From contig JAAYUE010000024.1 of NCBI GenBank assembly GCA_012517905.1, forward strand, positions 7,186 through 71,185: DNA of 64,000 nucleotides. Direction: 5' to 3'. The position numbers were made by a program, and so were the translations under genes. Below are positions 48,745 through 58,751 of this stretch, one piece after another. Source of the DNA: Clostridiales bacterium (GTDB lineage Bacteria; Bacillota; Clostridia; Christensenellales; CAG-138). Below the pieces are notes generated by a model. It was not told the DNA's origin. It did no database searches and saw nothing but the letters and a program-made list of their open reading frames with translations. How positions within the stretch are numbered: the first letter of the stretch is position 1; every line of letters starts with the position of its first letter.

Positions 48745-50058
48745 CTACTCGTTGCGAATCGCCGCGAGCGGGGAGAGCTTCATCGCGCGGATGGCCGGAT
48801 ACATGCCCGCCGCGAGCGCGACGATGATGGAAAAGCCCACCGCGCCGAACGCCAGATATGCGGGAATGATGCTGCGAAGACCGGAGCTCGCCAGCAATTG
48901 ATTAAGCAGCACCGAGATGCCGAAGCTCAGGCCAAGCCCCAGCGCGCCGCCGAAGAAGCCGATATAGGCCGACTCCGCGAGGAACAGCCCCGCGATGTTG
49001 TCCATGCGGCAGCCAAGCACCTTGATAATGCCGATCTCTTTCGTGCGTTCGAAGATGCTCATCATCATGGTATTCATGATGCCGATGGCGGCGACGAGCA
49101 GCGCGACCCCGCCGATGGCGCCGAGCAGGTATTGCACGTTTTTCGTGCTCTCCTCGGCCATCTCCACCGCATCCTGCAGGCTGTAGGTGCCGTAGCCCAT
49201 CTCCGTGATGGCGGTCTTGACGGGCTTGACGTCCTCGATGTTGGAAACCTTGACGAGCACGGTGTTGTAGCTGCCGGACTCAAAGTTGGTGAAATCCTTG
49301 TTTGCCTTGGCAAGCTTTTCCAGCTGCGTCGCGTCCATGATGCAGTAGTAGGAAAAATCGTTGTTGTCCTGGTCCATGATGCCCGTGACGCGGAGCTTGT
49401 AAAACGAACCGAGGGGCGTCTGTTCCTCGCCGCTGTCGTCGTTATCCATGGCGATCAGCGCCTGCCGATAGATGTTGCGGTAGTCGAAGGTCAGCTGCAT
49501 GCGCGAGTCGGTCGTCACTTTCGGATTGCCGTTTTTATCGATCGCCTGGCGGTAGGTGTCCGGGTCGTAGAAATTCTGCAGCGTCCAGGCGCCGAGGGCG
49601 ATCTCGTAGGTGGTCGATCCGCCGGAACCGGGCATCGTGCCCTGCGAAAGTGTGATGCCGAACTGCTCCGCCTGCTCTTTGGTCACGCCGAGGATGGACG
49701 CGTCGGTCGCGTAGTTGCCGCTCTTGATCATGCCGTAGGTTTCGACAAGCGGCATGACGGCCTCCACGCCGGAGATGCGCTTGAACTCGGAAATCGCTTT
49801 CTTGTTCAGCTCCTTCTGGCGCGAGGAACCGCCGCCGTTTCCGCTGGAAACGTAGGACCACGAGCTGACGCGGATGGTGGTCAGGCTGCCCGTTCCGGCG
49901 AAGCTTTCGACGGTCGCCTGCCGGATGCCGATGCCGAGGGACACCATCACGACGATGGACGCCACGCCGATCACCATGCCGAGCACGGTCAGAAATGCCC
50001 GCATTTTTCGCCGCCACAGGTTCAGAAACGCCGTGGACAGGATATCGCTGATACGCAT
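48745..50058 (-). CDS. MacB/FtsX-family ABC permease
   Basis: RAFLTVLGMVIGVASIV, IGIMNTMMMSIFERTKEIGI, YPAIRAMKLSP. Confidence 0.95.
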   Translation of the reverse strand: MRISDILSTAFLNLWRRKMRAFLTVLGMVIGVASIVVMVSLGIGIRQATVESFAGTGSLTTIRVSSWSYVSSGNGGGSSRQKELNKKAISEFKRISGVEAVMPLVETYGMIKSGNYATDASILGVTKEQAEQFGITLSQGTMPGSGGSTTYEIALGAWTLQNFYDPDTYRQAIDKNGNPKVTTDSRMQLTFDYRNIYRQALIAMDNDDSGEEQTPLGSFYKLRVTGIMDQDNNDFSYYCIMDATQLEKLAKANKDFTNFESGSYNTVLVKVSNIEDVKPVKTAITEMGYGTYSLQDAVEMAEESTKNVQYLLGAIGGVALLVAAIGIMNTMMMSIFERTKEIGIIKVLGCRMDNIAGLFLAESAYIGFFGGALGLGLSFGISVLLNQLLASSGLRSIIPAYLAFGAVGFSIIVALAAGMYPAIRAMKLSPLAAIRNE

Positions 50059-50092
50059 TGTTCCTCCAGTTGCGCGCGCTGGCGCCGGGTGG

Positions 50093-51520
50093 TTACAGAT
50101 CTTCGAGCGCGCGCTCGCGGTTCTTCTTGACGCGGATGCCGAGCACGACGAGCCCCGCCACGACCGCCACGCCGCCGAGCGCCCAGAAGATCCAGCCGAT
50201 GTTGGCGCTGGCCGGCTTGTCGCCCGGAAGTTCCATGCCGCCGTTGCCGGGGGAGGCGACGGACATCGGGGCGTCCTGATTGACAAACATGTTCAGCGGC
50301 AGCAGTTCCTCGGTGGGATTGCCGTTGACGTCCTCATAGGTGACGCGCACCTTCGCGTCCAGCTCGCCGCCAACGTTCGGGGTGACGCTCAGGTCCGCGC
50401 GCATCGTGCCGCCCGAGGAGATATTGCCGCCGAAATAGGTTTCTTCGAGCGTGAGCCCCTCGCCGACGATATCCACCATGCAGTTGTACAGCGTGGATTT
50501 GCCGAGGTTGTAGAGCGTGACGCCGATGGACACCGTGCTGCCGATCCAGGGATCGTCGTAGATCACGGGATCGTTGATGCGTACGCGCGTCTTTTGCAGC
50601 ACCGGCACGCTGACGGAGGCGGTTTCCTCAAAGTCCTGCCGGTTCTTCGTGCCCTCATAGGAGAACTTGACGTTCAGCAGCTGGGACTTTGCCTCCGCAT
50701 CTGGCGCAATCTGAAGATTGACGGTGAGAACGTAGGCGTCGCCTTTGTCGATCGTGCCGATGAATACGCTGTTGCTGCCGCCCGGCGCGGGCAGGATGAC
50801 GCCCGCGTCGTTGGAAAAGTCGAGCTGCAGGTTGGTGATCGCCTCGCGGGTGGAGGTGTTGGCGACCACGAGACGCAGCGCGACGGTATCGCCGGCGTAG
50901 ATGGCGTCCTCGCTGAAATTATATGCCTCGAGGATAACCTTGGGCTTGCTTTTATAGCTCGAACCGCCGCTGCTGCCGGAAGAGGCGGCGGTTTTTTCAC
51001 GAACGTAGATATAGACGCTCACCGTATCCGTCAGCGTATTGGAGCCGTCGCTGTAGGTGATGACAAAGGGAAGGTAGTAATTCCCCGGCGTCAGAGAAGA
51101 GAGCAGCGTCGCGTCCATCTTGAAATAGGCGCGCTCGCCCACGGCGAGATTGCCGTCCCAGGAGATCAGCTCTTCGTTCTCCGCATCCCACTTTTTCAGG
51201 CGGGAAGCGGTGAGCTCCGTGTCCGTTTCGCCTGCCGAAAACGGAAAGACGCTCGTGTCGGCCGAAACGGGCAGGCTGCAGCTGATGTCCGTGGCGTTCT
51301 CGAGGTTCTGGTTCAAAATCGGGATATACACGGTGATCTTGTCCCCGGGCGCGCCGGATACCGTTTGCAGATAGGATTTTTCGGTGTCGTCCGTCACGTC
51401 CGAAAACAGGACGATGTGGCCGGCGTCGTCCGCCAGCGCCGAATACAGCGGAATCGCCGTCAGCGTGAGCGCGAGCGCCAGAACGATAGCAAAGAGCCGG
51501 ATTTTTTTCGTGTTACGCAT
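50093..51520 (-). CDS. Membrane-anchored multi-Ig (COG1361/CARDB-like) accessory protein of the exporter
   Basis: Signal peptide, SKPKVILE, beta-sandwich repeats, C-terminal TM; lies between ATPase and permease. Confidence 0.85.
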   Translation of the reverse strand: MRNTKKIRLFAIVLALALTLTAIPLYSALADDAGHIVLFSDVTDDTEKSYLQTVSGAPGDKITVYIPILNQNLENATDISCSLPVSADTSVFPFSAGETDTELTASRLKKWDAENEELISWDGNLAVGERAYFKMDATLLSSLTPGNYYLPFVITYSDGSNTLTDTVSVYIYVREKTAASSGSSGGSSYKSKPKVILEAYNFSEDAIYAGDTVALRLVVANTSTREAITNLQLDFSNDAGVILPAPGGSNSVFIGTIDKGDAYVLTVNLQIAPDAEAKSQLLNVKFSYEGTKNRQDFEETASVSVPVLQKTRVRINDPVIYDDPWIGSTVSIGVTLYNLGKSTLYNCMVDIVGEGLTLEETYFGGNISSGGTMRADLSVTPNVGGELDAKVRVTYEDVNGNPTEELLPLNMFVNQDAPMSVASPGNGGMELPGDKPASANIGWIFWALGGVAVVAGLVVLGIRVKKNRERALEDL

Positions 51521-52277
51521 CCAAATTTACCTCAGTTTCCCGAACGTTCGGTTCGTTTTGCGTGGTGAGTTCTTTCGGCGCCGGCTCGTTGAGCGCGACG
51601 TCCGTAATCCTGCCGTCGAGCAGGTGAATGACTTTGTCGCCAAAGGAGGCGATGTGCGAATCGTGCGTGACCATGACCAGCGTCTTCTTCTGCTCGCGCA
51701 GGATGTCGATGATCACGCGCATGACCTCGTCCGACGTGTTGGAGTCGAGGTTGCCCGTCGGTTCGTCGGCAAATACGATCTGGGGATTGGTCACGAGCGC
51801 GCGCGCGATGCCGACGCGCTGCTGCTGGCCGCCGGAGAGCTCCCCGGGCTTGTGTTTCATGTGCGTTTCGAGGCCGACGAGCTCGAGCATGCGCTTTGCC
51901 TGCCGGAGCCGCGCGATCTGCGGCACGCCGCGAAACGAGAGCGGGAGCGCGACGTTTTCCAGCGCGGTGTAATAGGGCATGAGATTGAAGGACTGGAAGA
52001 TGAAGCCGATGTGCAGCTGGCGAAATACGATCAGCTCGGCCTGCGTCATGCGCTCGAGGTGCTTGCCCGAGATGACGATTTCGCCGGAGGTCACCTTTTC
52101 CAGCCCCGCCAGCACGTTGAGCAGCGTGGACTTGCCCGAGCCGCTTCGTCCGATGACCGAGCAGATGTCGCCGGATGCGATCTGTAGGTCGGCCCCGCGC
52201 AGCGCCTGTATGCCGACGGTGCCCACGCGGTAGATCTTCTTGACGTTTCGCACGTCGATCAGCGTGTTTTCCTGCAT
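51513..52277 (-). CDS. MacB/LolD-type ABC ATPase
   Basis: GRSGSGKST, GFIFQSFNL, LSGGQQQRV, FADEPTGNLD, VTHD. Confidence 0.96.
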   Translation of the reverse strand: MQENTLIDVRNVKKIYRVGTVGIQALRGADLQIASGDICSVIGRSGSGKSTLLNVLAGLEKVTSGEIVISGKHLERMTQAELIVFRQLHIGFIFQSFNLMPYYTALENVALPLSFRGVPQIARLRQAKRMLELVGLETHMKHKPGELSGGQQQRVGIARALVTNPQIVFADEPTGNLDSNTSDEVMRVIIDILREQKKTLVMVTHDSHIASFGDKVIHLLDGRITDVALNEPAPKELTTQNEPNVRETEVNLDA

Positions 52278-52512
52278 CGTTCCTCCCCTGTGCCGTTTTT
52301 CAAACGGTCGTCCCCTGCGGCGCATGCGAAGTGGCCTGTCGAACCGCAGAAGTGTATTATTCGTACTAATACGCATATATCATACGCTTTGCGCCGCGCG
52401 CTGTCAATCTTCCCGCGGCGGCAGAATGCAAAGCAAATGAAAACTCGGACGAAACGCGCTGTTAACTCTGCCAAGGGAGATAGGATCCTTGATAGTTTGC
52501 TATCGAAACAAA

Positions 52513-52546
52513 ATAGGTTGATTTTATCCTATATTTTATTTATACT
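52513..52546 (+). promoter_or_regulatory. phd-doc promoter with overlapping palindromic operator
   Basis: TTGATT-17-TATACT; ATAGG-N10-CCTAT overlapping -35. Confidence 0.7.
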
Positions 52547-52565
52547 GACGTTGGAGGAGATCAAA

Positions 52566-52808
52566 ATGACAATCAACAGCGAAACCATTACCTCCATGAC
52601 GGAGGCAAACCAGAACTTCTCTCGTGTTGCGCGCATTGCCGACCGGCACGGCGAGGCGGTCATCTTTCGCAACAATCGACCCAAATATCGGCTGATCGAT
52701 CTCGAGCGGGAGCCGGAATTCGCGTTGTCTGACGATGAGAAGATCGACGTAGCCGCCGCGCGGATTTTGCGGCGTTATCGGTCTGCGTTTGAGGAACTGG
52801 CCAAATGA
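52566..52808 (+). CDS. phd: Phd/YefM-family antitoxin
   Basis: RBS GGAGG; SMTEANQNFSRVARIAD...VIFRNNRPKY; ATGA overlap with the toxin. Confidence 0.92.
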   Translation: MTINSETITSMTEANQNFSRVARIADRHGEAVIFRNNRPKYRLIDLEREPEFALSDDEKIDVAAARILRRYRSAFEELAK

Positions 52809-53197
52809 TCAGATTCTCGCCGGATAAGGTTCTTTTACTGCACCAGTTGATGGCGCAGGAAACCGGCGGCGATTCTGGCGTGCGGGATGTCGGGCTGCTG
52901 GATTCCGCGCTGGAGAGCGTATATGCGACCTTCGACGGACAGGACCTGTATCCGACCAAGGAGGAGAAAGCGGCTCGCCTTGGATTTGCGCTGATTTCCA
53001 ATCATGCGTTTGTGGACGGAAACAAGCGAATCGGCATGTATATCATGCTGACGTTTCTCGAAGCCAACGGTTTGAAGGTGCGTCCGACGAACGAAGAAGT
53101 AGTCCGTGTCGGGCTGGCCGTCGCATCCGGGCAGATGAAGTATGAAGAGCTGCTTGCATGGGTGCGGAAGAATATGGAAAAACCCGTAAACGCTTGA
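52805..53197 (+). CDS. doc: Death-on-curing (Fic/Doc) toxin
   Basis: GVRDVGLLDSAL, HAFVDGNKR. Confidence 0.95.
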   Translation: MIRFSPDKVLLLHQLMAQETGGDSGVRDVGLLDSALESVYATFDGQDLYPTKEEKAARLGFALISNHAFVDGNKRIGMYIMLTFLEANGLKVRPTNEEVVRVGLAVASGQMKYEELLAWVRKNMEKPVNA

Positions 53198-53746
53198 AAA
53201 AGCGCGGCATCTTTGATAGGATAATAAAAATCAGTCGAAACACGAAACAAAGGACCAGGCGTCATGCATCAGGCGAACCGAAAACAGAATATCCGCCGCG
53301 ACGGCCTGCGCAATACGCGCGCGGGTCTTGTCGGCGCGCACGCCGGTTCCGCCCATGCCGCATATGCCGAATATCTGCTTGCCATGCGAATGCCCGGGCA
53401 CGCGGAGCGAGCGGATGCGGCGGCTGTTTTCCAGTAAATAGACCGTCCCGCAAGTCTGGCAGGGCAGTTGCGCCCGCCTGCCGGGACAATTCGCTTTTTG
53501 CAGCGTGCGAACCATCATAAACCGATACCAGGGCGCCGGCGGCTGACCCGATGCTTGCAACAGGATGCGGGCGGGGAAAGCCGGACGGCGGTTTTTTACG
53601 CCCGAAACGGCGTGTTCGTCATTCGTTCGTCCGGATTCATCCCTCCGCGAAACCCTGAGACCGCATCGCAACGCCGCGATCCATCCGCGCGGTGGTTTTT
53701 CGCGCGCAAAACACAAAGAATTCGAACGAAAGCAGGATTTTATCAT

Positions 53747-54679
53747 ATGCCGATCAAGATTCCGGACGGGCTGCCCGCGGGCGATTCGCTCGCGCAGGAG
53801 AATATCTTCGTCATGACGCAGCACCGCGCGGCGATGCAGGACATCCGCCCGCTGCGCATTGCAATTCTCAACCTCATGCCCACCAAGCAGACCACCGAGA
53901 CGCAGCTGCTGCGCCTTCTGGCCAATTCGCCGCTGCAGGTGGAGGTGACGCTGCTGCGCACCGGCACATACCAGAGCCAGAACACGTCGCAGGATTATCT
54001 GGACTCGTTTTATCGCACGTTTGACGAGGTAAAGGACGAGCACTACGACGGGCTCGTGATCACCGGCGCGCCGGTGGAAAACCTCGACTTTCAGGACGTG
54101 CACTATTGGGACGAGCTCGTGCGCCTGATGGATTGGGCGGACCGCAACGTGTTTTCCACGCTGTATATCTGCTGGGCGGCGCAGGCGGCGCTGTATCATT
54201 TCTACGGCGTGGAGAAGCATCCGCTCGGGAGAAAGATGTTCGGCATCTTCCCGCATGTGGTGCTCGACCGCTCGCATAAGCTCGTGCGCGGCTTCGACGA
54301 GCAGTTTATGGCTCCGCACTCGCGGCACACCACGATCTATGTTTCGGACGCGGCGAAGATTCGCGATCTCGACATCCTCGCAACTTCGCAGGAGGCGGGG
54401 CTGTATCTCGCCGCCTCGCACGACGGACGGCGCGTGTTTGTCACGGGGCACAGCGAATACGACGCAAAGACGCTGGAGCTGGAATACCGCCGCGACCTTG
54501 CCGCGGGCAAACCCATCGACATGCCGAAGAACTATTACCCGAACAACGACGATACGCTCCAGCCGATGATCACCTGGCGGGCGCATGGGTCGCTGCTGTT
54601 TTCAAATTGGCTGAATTACTTTGTGTATCAGGAGACGCCGTACGACATCAATGCGATCTCCGGAGAACACGGGGTCTAA
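53747..54679 (+). CDS. metA: MetA-family homoserine O-acyltransferase, probably acetyl-specific
   Basis: MPIKIP, QDIRPL, LNLMP, TGAPVE (Glu at the position associated with acetyl-CoA use), ICWAAQA, PHSRH, GHSEY. Confidence 0.96.
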   Translation: MPIKIPDGLPAGDSLAQENIFVMTQHRAAMQDIRPLRIAILNLMPTKQTTETQLLRLLANSPLQVEVTLLRTGTYQSQNTSQDYLDSFYRTFDEVKDEHYDGLVITGAPVENLDFQDVHYWDELVRLMDWADRNVFSTLYICWAAQAALYHFYGVEKHPLGRKMFGIFPHVVLDRSHKLVRGFDEQFMAPHSRHTTIYVSDAAKIRDLDILATSQEAGLYLAASHDGRRVFVTGHSEYDAKTLELEYRRDLAAGKPIDMPKNYYPNNDDTLQPMITWRAHGSLLFSNWLNYFVYQETPYDINAISGEHGV

Positions 54680-54780
54680 TTTGATATGGATACAGACGCG
54701 GCTCCCGAGAGGGAGCCGCTGTTATTGATCAGACGGTGTGTTAAAATAAAACTGCAGTATTTTAGAAAGGAGCACGCTGG

Positions 54781-56073
54781 ATGACAAGTCTGCCGGAGGC
54801 GTATCTGGCGCGAATGCGCGCAGAGCTGGGCGAAGCGGAATTTGCCGCGTACCTTCGCGCCATGGACGAGCAGCCGAAGCGCGCCCTGCGCGTCAACACG
54901 CTCAAGAGTACGCCGGAGGTGTTTTCCGCGTTGGCGGATTTTTCGCTTTTTCCCACGGGCGTGCTGCCGGAGAGCTTCTTTTTTGAGGACGACGTCGCCA
55001 TCGGCAGGCATCCGCTGCACGCCGCGGGCTTGTGTTATGTGCAGGAACCCGCCGCGCAGGTGCCCGCGACGCTGACCGGCGCGCGGGCGGGGATTGCCGT
55101 GCTGGACCTGTGCGCCGCGCCGGGCGGAAAGACCACGCAGCTTGCCGCCATGATGCAAAACACGGGGCTGCTCGTCGCCAACGAAATCGTGCGCTCGCGC
55201 GCGGAAGCGCTGGCGGGCAATCTCGAGCGGCTCGGCGTGAGAAACGCGCTGGTGACCAGTATGCGTCCCGACGCGCTGGCCGCGCAGCTCGGCGCGTGTT
55301 TCGACGTGGTTCTGGCGGACGCGCCCTGTTCGGGCGAAGGGATGTTCCGAAAGGACGAAACCGCAGTCCGCGAATGGTCGGAGGAGCATGTGCTTGCCTG
55401 CGCCGCGCGGCAGGCGCAGATTCTCGAGAGCGCGGCGCTGCTGCTCAAAGGCGGCGGGCGGCTCGTCTACTCCACCTGCACCTTTTCGCGCGAGGAAAAC
55501 GAAGGCTCGATCGAATCGTTTTTGCTTGCGCATCCCGATTTTACGCTGGCCGAATCCCGGCGGCTGTATCCGCAGAGTTTTCCCGGCGAGGGACAGTTTA
55601 TGGCGGTTCTGAACCGCGCCGACGGCGCGGCGGACGATTCCGCCGCGCTTGCAGCGCCGGAGGGGGCGCGCATCTCCGCGTTCGAGGGGTTCTGGCGGGA
55701 GACGTTCGTGCAGGAACCGCCCCGCGCCATGCTGCTGCCGGACGGACGGGCGCTGATTCCGCCGGAACTGCTGCCGCGGGACCTGAAAGGGCTGCATATC
55801 CTCCGCGCGGGCGTGCTGGCGGGGGAATTGAAAAACGGACGCTTCACGCCGAACCATGCGCTGGCGATGGCATATCCGGCACAGGCGCTTCGCCGCACCG
55901 TGTCGCTGGAAGGCGATTCGCTGACGCGCTTTCTCGCGGGCGAAGCCGTTGCCTGCCCATTGGAATATTCTAACTGGTGTGTGGCGACGGCGCTCGGGCA
56001 TCCCGTCGGCTGGGGCAAGGCGGTGGACGGCGTGCTGAAAAACCACATCCCGAAAGGGCTGCGAATACGGTAG
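54781..56073 (+). CDS. rsmF: RsmF/RsmB-family rRNA m5C methyltransferase
   Basis: YVQEP, DLCAAPGGKT, DAPCSGEGMFRK, YSTCTF, LKNHIPKGLR. Confidence 0.92.
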   Translation: MTSLPEAYLARMRAELGEAEFAAYLRAMDEQPKRALRVNTLKSTPEVFSALADFSLFPTGVLPESFFFEDDVAIGRHPLHAAGLCYVQEPAAQVPATLTGARAGIAVLDLCAAPGGKTTQLAAMMQNTGLLVANEIVRSRAEALAGNLERLGVRNALVTSMRPDALAAQLGACFDVVLADAPCSGEGMFRKDETAVREWSEEHVLACAARQAQILESAALLLKGGGRLVYSTCTFSREENEGSIESFLLAHPDFTLAESRRLYPQSFPGEGQFMAVLNRADGAADDSAALAAPEGARISAFEGFWRETFVQEPPRAMLLPDGRALIPPELLPRDLKGLHILRAGVLAGELKNGRFTPNHALAMAYPAQALRRTVSLEGDSLTRFLAGEAVACPLEYSNWCVATALGHPVGWGKAVDGVLKNHIPKGLRIR

Positions 56074-56168
56074 CTTCTTTTCTTGAGCTGCTTCTTTTGA
56101 ACGGAAAGCAGGCAAAAGAACTTCTGGTGGTAAATTGTGAATCGGATAAAAATGGTGATTCAGGCATC

Positions 56169-56849
56169 ATGAAATTGAAAAAAGAAAAAGCAAAACTCTA
56201 TACCGCGGCGTTTTTCGACCGCGACAATACGCTGATCCATCGCGATCCCGCCGTGCAAAAAACCCGCGCGGAGATGATCGAGCGTTGGTCCGGCAAGCCG
56301 CTCGATGTACCAGCGGATTTGTTCGACCGGCTGCTGGGCGATCGTCGTCTGCTGACCGTGGAAAACGAAATTGCGTTCTGGCGCGCCTATTTTGCAGAGC
56401 TGCTGCGTTCGCAGGGCGTGCGGGAGCAGCTTTCCGCCCGCGCGGACGCGCTCTTCGACGCATACTGGCTCAAGGGCATCGTCGTCTATCCTGAAACGGT
56501 TCCCGTGCTGGATTGGTTCTCTGCGCGCGGCTATCGCATGGGCGTCATCAGCGACACGTTTCCTTCGCTCCGTCTCACGCTTGAGGCGGTCGGGCTGGAT
56601 CGATACTTTCAGTCCTTCGTCTGTTCCGACCAGGTCGGCGTCATGAAACCCGAGCCGCTGATCTATCAGACCGCGCTGGACGAACTCGGTGTGACCGCGC
56701 AGGAGAGCCTGTATGTGGACGATTACGACGCGGAGGCGGACGGCGCGCGTGCGCTGGGATTTACGGCGTTCCACGTTTGTCGCGGAGCGGAGCCAAAGGA
56801 ACCCTGGGATATTTCGTCGCTTTCCGAAATGACGGAGTTCCTTTCTTAA
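56169..56849 (+). CDS. HAD-IA hydrolase
   Basis: FFDRDNTL, GVISD, KPEPLIY, YVDD; start approximate. Confidence 0.88.
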   Translation: MKLKKEKAKLYTAAFFDRDNTLIHRDPAVQKTRAEMIERWSGKPLDVPADLFDRLLGDRRLLTVENEIAFWRAYFAELLRSQGVREQLSARADALFDAYWLKGIVVYPETVPVLDWFSARGYRMGVISDTFPSLRLTLEAVGLDRYFQSFVCSDQVGVMKPEPLIYQTALDELGVTAQESLYVDDYDAEADGARALGFTAFHVCRGAEPKEPWDISSLSEMTEFLS

Positions 56850-56969
56850 CCTTCTTTTTTGAAAAAAGCAAAAGAACTTACATGACTTGTTTCATTCGAC
56901 GCTTCGTTTGAAAAACGCGTTTATTTTTCGCGAGATAAAGAAACAGTTCCAGCCGCTCCAATATTCGAT

Positions 56970-57197
56970 TCATGCGTCCACAAACCATTTCGGGTCCTCA
57001 TAATAAAGATAGGTGTCCTTGCGCCCGATGCGGCAGGTATAGCGCATGCCGCAGCCGCCGGCCTTGAGGCTCGCCGCGCGCCGTACGTCCGAAATGGACG
57101 TAATGTCGAATTTTCGCCCGTCCTCCCAGAGCACGCATTTTGGGTGCATAACGCCCGCTTCGTCGGTGAGCAGCTCCACCGCGACGTAGATTTTCAT
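56970..57197 (-). CDS. Small beta-rich protein co-transcribed with dinB
   Basis: RBS AAGGAG; WEDGR, AASLKAGGCGMRYTC, KWFV. Confidence 0.85.
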   Translation of the reverse strand: MKIYVAVELLTDEAGVMHPKCVLWEDGRKFDITSISDVRRAASLKAGGCGMRYTCRIGRKDTYLYYEDPKWFVDA

Positions 57198-57270
57198 ATT
57201 TGATCACTCCTTACAGTCCTGCCGTGCGCGCCGGCGCGCCGCCGGCGGCACGAACGAAACATTTTTTTGA

Positions 57271-58548
57271 TCAGCGCCTGCCGATCACACTGTCCATCGT
57301 GGCGTTTTGCAGATATCCCACCGGGTGGACTGTATGATCGTCCTTTGGCGAGAGCAGGCCGATGCTGCGGTCCTTGAGAAACAGCGCGCGCCCGATGGCG
57401 CGGTAGCCAAAGCGCCTGCGGATGTCGTCCACGGCGACTTCGGCGGCTTCCGCCCGGCGGCGCGGGGCTTCGTCGTCGAAAAGCGAAAGCTGCTCGGGAT
57501 TGTCCGGACCGATCAGGTCCGAGCAGGATACGCTCAGCGAGCGGATGGGCGTCTGCCAGCTGTAGTTTTCGTGAAACAGCCGCATGCAGGCGCGCGAAAT
57601 CTCGATGGTGATGTTCGTCGGGCGGTCCAGCCGCGTCTGGCGGATGAACGAAACCAGCCCCGTATCCCGCACGCCGAGGTGCGCGGTCTTTGCGCGCATG
57701 CCGTGCTCGCGCAACCGCGCGGCGACGCTCTCGGCGAGCATGGAGATGGTGAGGTATACGTCCTCGTCGTTCACGAGATCCCGCGGGGTGGTCAGCCCGT
57801 TTCCGACGGATTTGACCGGCTGCTGGTCGACGGTGTGCAGCACCGGCGCGGCGTCCAGCCCGTTGGCAAACGCGTGCAGCATGCTGCCGCACTTGCCGAA
57901 CTGCGCGCGCAGAAACGATTCCGGCGTGTTGGCGAGGTCGCCGATGGTGGCGATGCCGTACTTGAGCAGCTTCGCCTCCGTCGCGCGCCCGACGTACAGC
58001 AGCTCCCGCGCGGCCAGCGGCCAGGCGACGCTTTGGTAGTTGTCCGGCGAGACGAGCGTGACCGCGTCCGGCTTTTTGATGTCCGAGCCGAGCTTGGCAA
58101 ACACTTTGTTGTCCGCGACGCCGACGGAGATCGTGATGCCGAGCTCGTTTTTGATGCGGGTTCGAATTACGTCCGCAAGCCGCGCCGCGTCCCGCATGCC
58201 CGTGGTGGCGGAGGAAACGTCGATCCAGCTTTCGTCGAGGCCGAAGGCCTCCACCCGGTCGGAATACTCGCCGTAGATCTCCCGCCCCATTGCGGAGAAT
58301 TTCTGATACATCGCAAAGTCCGGCTTCACCGTCACGAGCAGCGGGCACTTCTGTTTTGCCTGCCAGATGGCCTCGCCGGTCTTGACGCCGAACGCTTTCG
58401 CCAGCTCGTTTTTGGCGAGTATGATGCCGTGCCGCGCTTCGGGATTGCCCGCCACCGCCACGGGATGCGGCCTGAGCGAGGGGTCGAGAAAGCACGCCAC
58501 CGAGGCGTAGAAGCCGTTGAAATCCGCATGGAGAATCCGGCGGCCCAT
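57271..58548 (-). CDS. dinB: Y-family DNA polymerase (DinB/Pol IV-like)
   Basis: ILHADFNGFYASV, AKAFGVKTG, GLDESWID, AKLGSDIKKPD, YVGRAT, EQLSLF clamp motif, IRRRFG. Confidence 0.95.
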   Translation of the reverse strand: MGRRILHADFNGFYASVACFLDPSLRPHPVAVAGNPEARHGIILAKNELAKAFGVKTGEAIWQAKQKCPLLVTVKPDFAMYQKFSAMGREIYGEYSDRVEAFGLDESWIDVSSATTGMRDAARLADVIRTRIKNELGITISVGVADNKVFAKLGSDIKKPDAVTLVSPDNYQSVAWPLAARELLYVGRATEAKLLKYGIATIGDLANTPESFLRAQFGKCGSMLHAFANGLDAAPVLHTVDQQPVKSVGNGLTTPRDLVNDEDVYLTISMLAESVAARLREHGMRAKTAHLGVRDTGLVSFIRQTRLDRPTNITIEISRACMRLFHENYSWQTPIRSLSVSCSDLIGPDNPEQLSLFDDEAPRRRAEAAEVAVDDIRRRFGYRAIGRALFLKDRSIGLLSPKDDHTVHPVGYLQNATMDSVIGRR

Positions 58549-58601
58549 CGGCGCGTCCTTTCCGCCGCGCGTGCGGAAAAGCGGCGCGGCAAACGAGAAT
58601 A

Positions 58602-58615
58602 CGAACATATGTTTG
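58602..58615. promoter_or_regulatory. LexA (Cheo) SOS box upstream of dinB
   Basis: CGAACATATGTTTG fits the Firmicute consensus CGAAC-N4-GTTYG. Confidence 0.9.
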
Positions 58616-58751
58616 TATCTATAGTATATCCCATCCGCGCGCATTGTCAAGCCCCGGCGGCGGGAGCGGTCGCGGAAAACGCGACGTGCGGCGGAGGATA
58701 TTCCGGCATTTGTCGCTTTGCGGTTACCCTTGTGATATACTGATCCAGACG

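Noticed and set aside
52566-53197. phd-doc as the marker of a prophage or ICE
   Set aside because: No integrase, att repeats or phage/conjugation genes nearby; a solitary chromosomal TA pair
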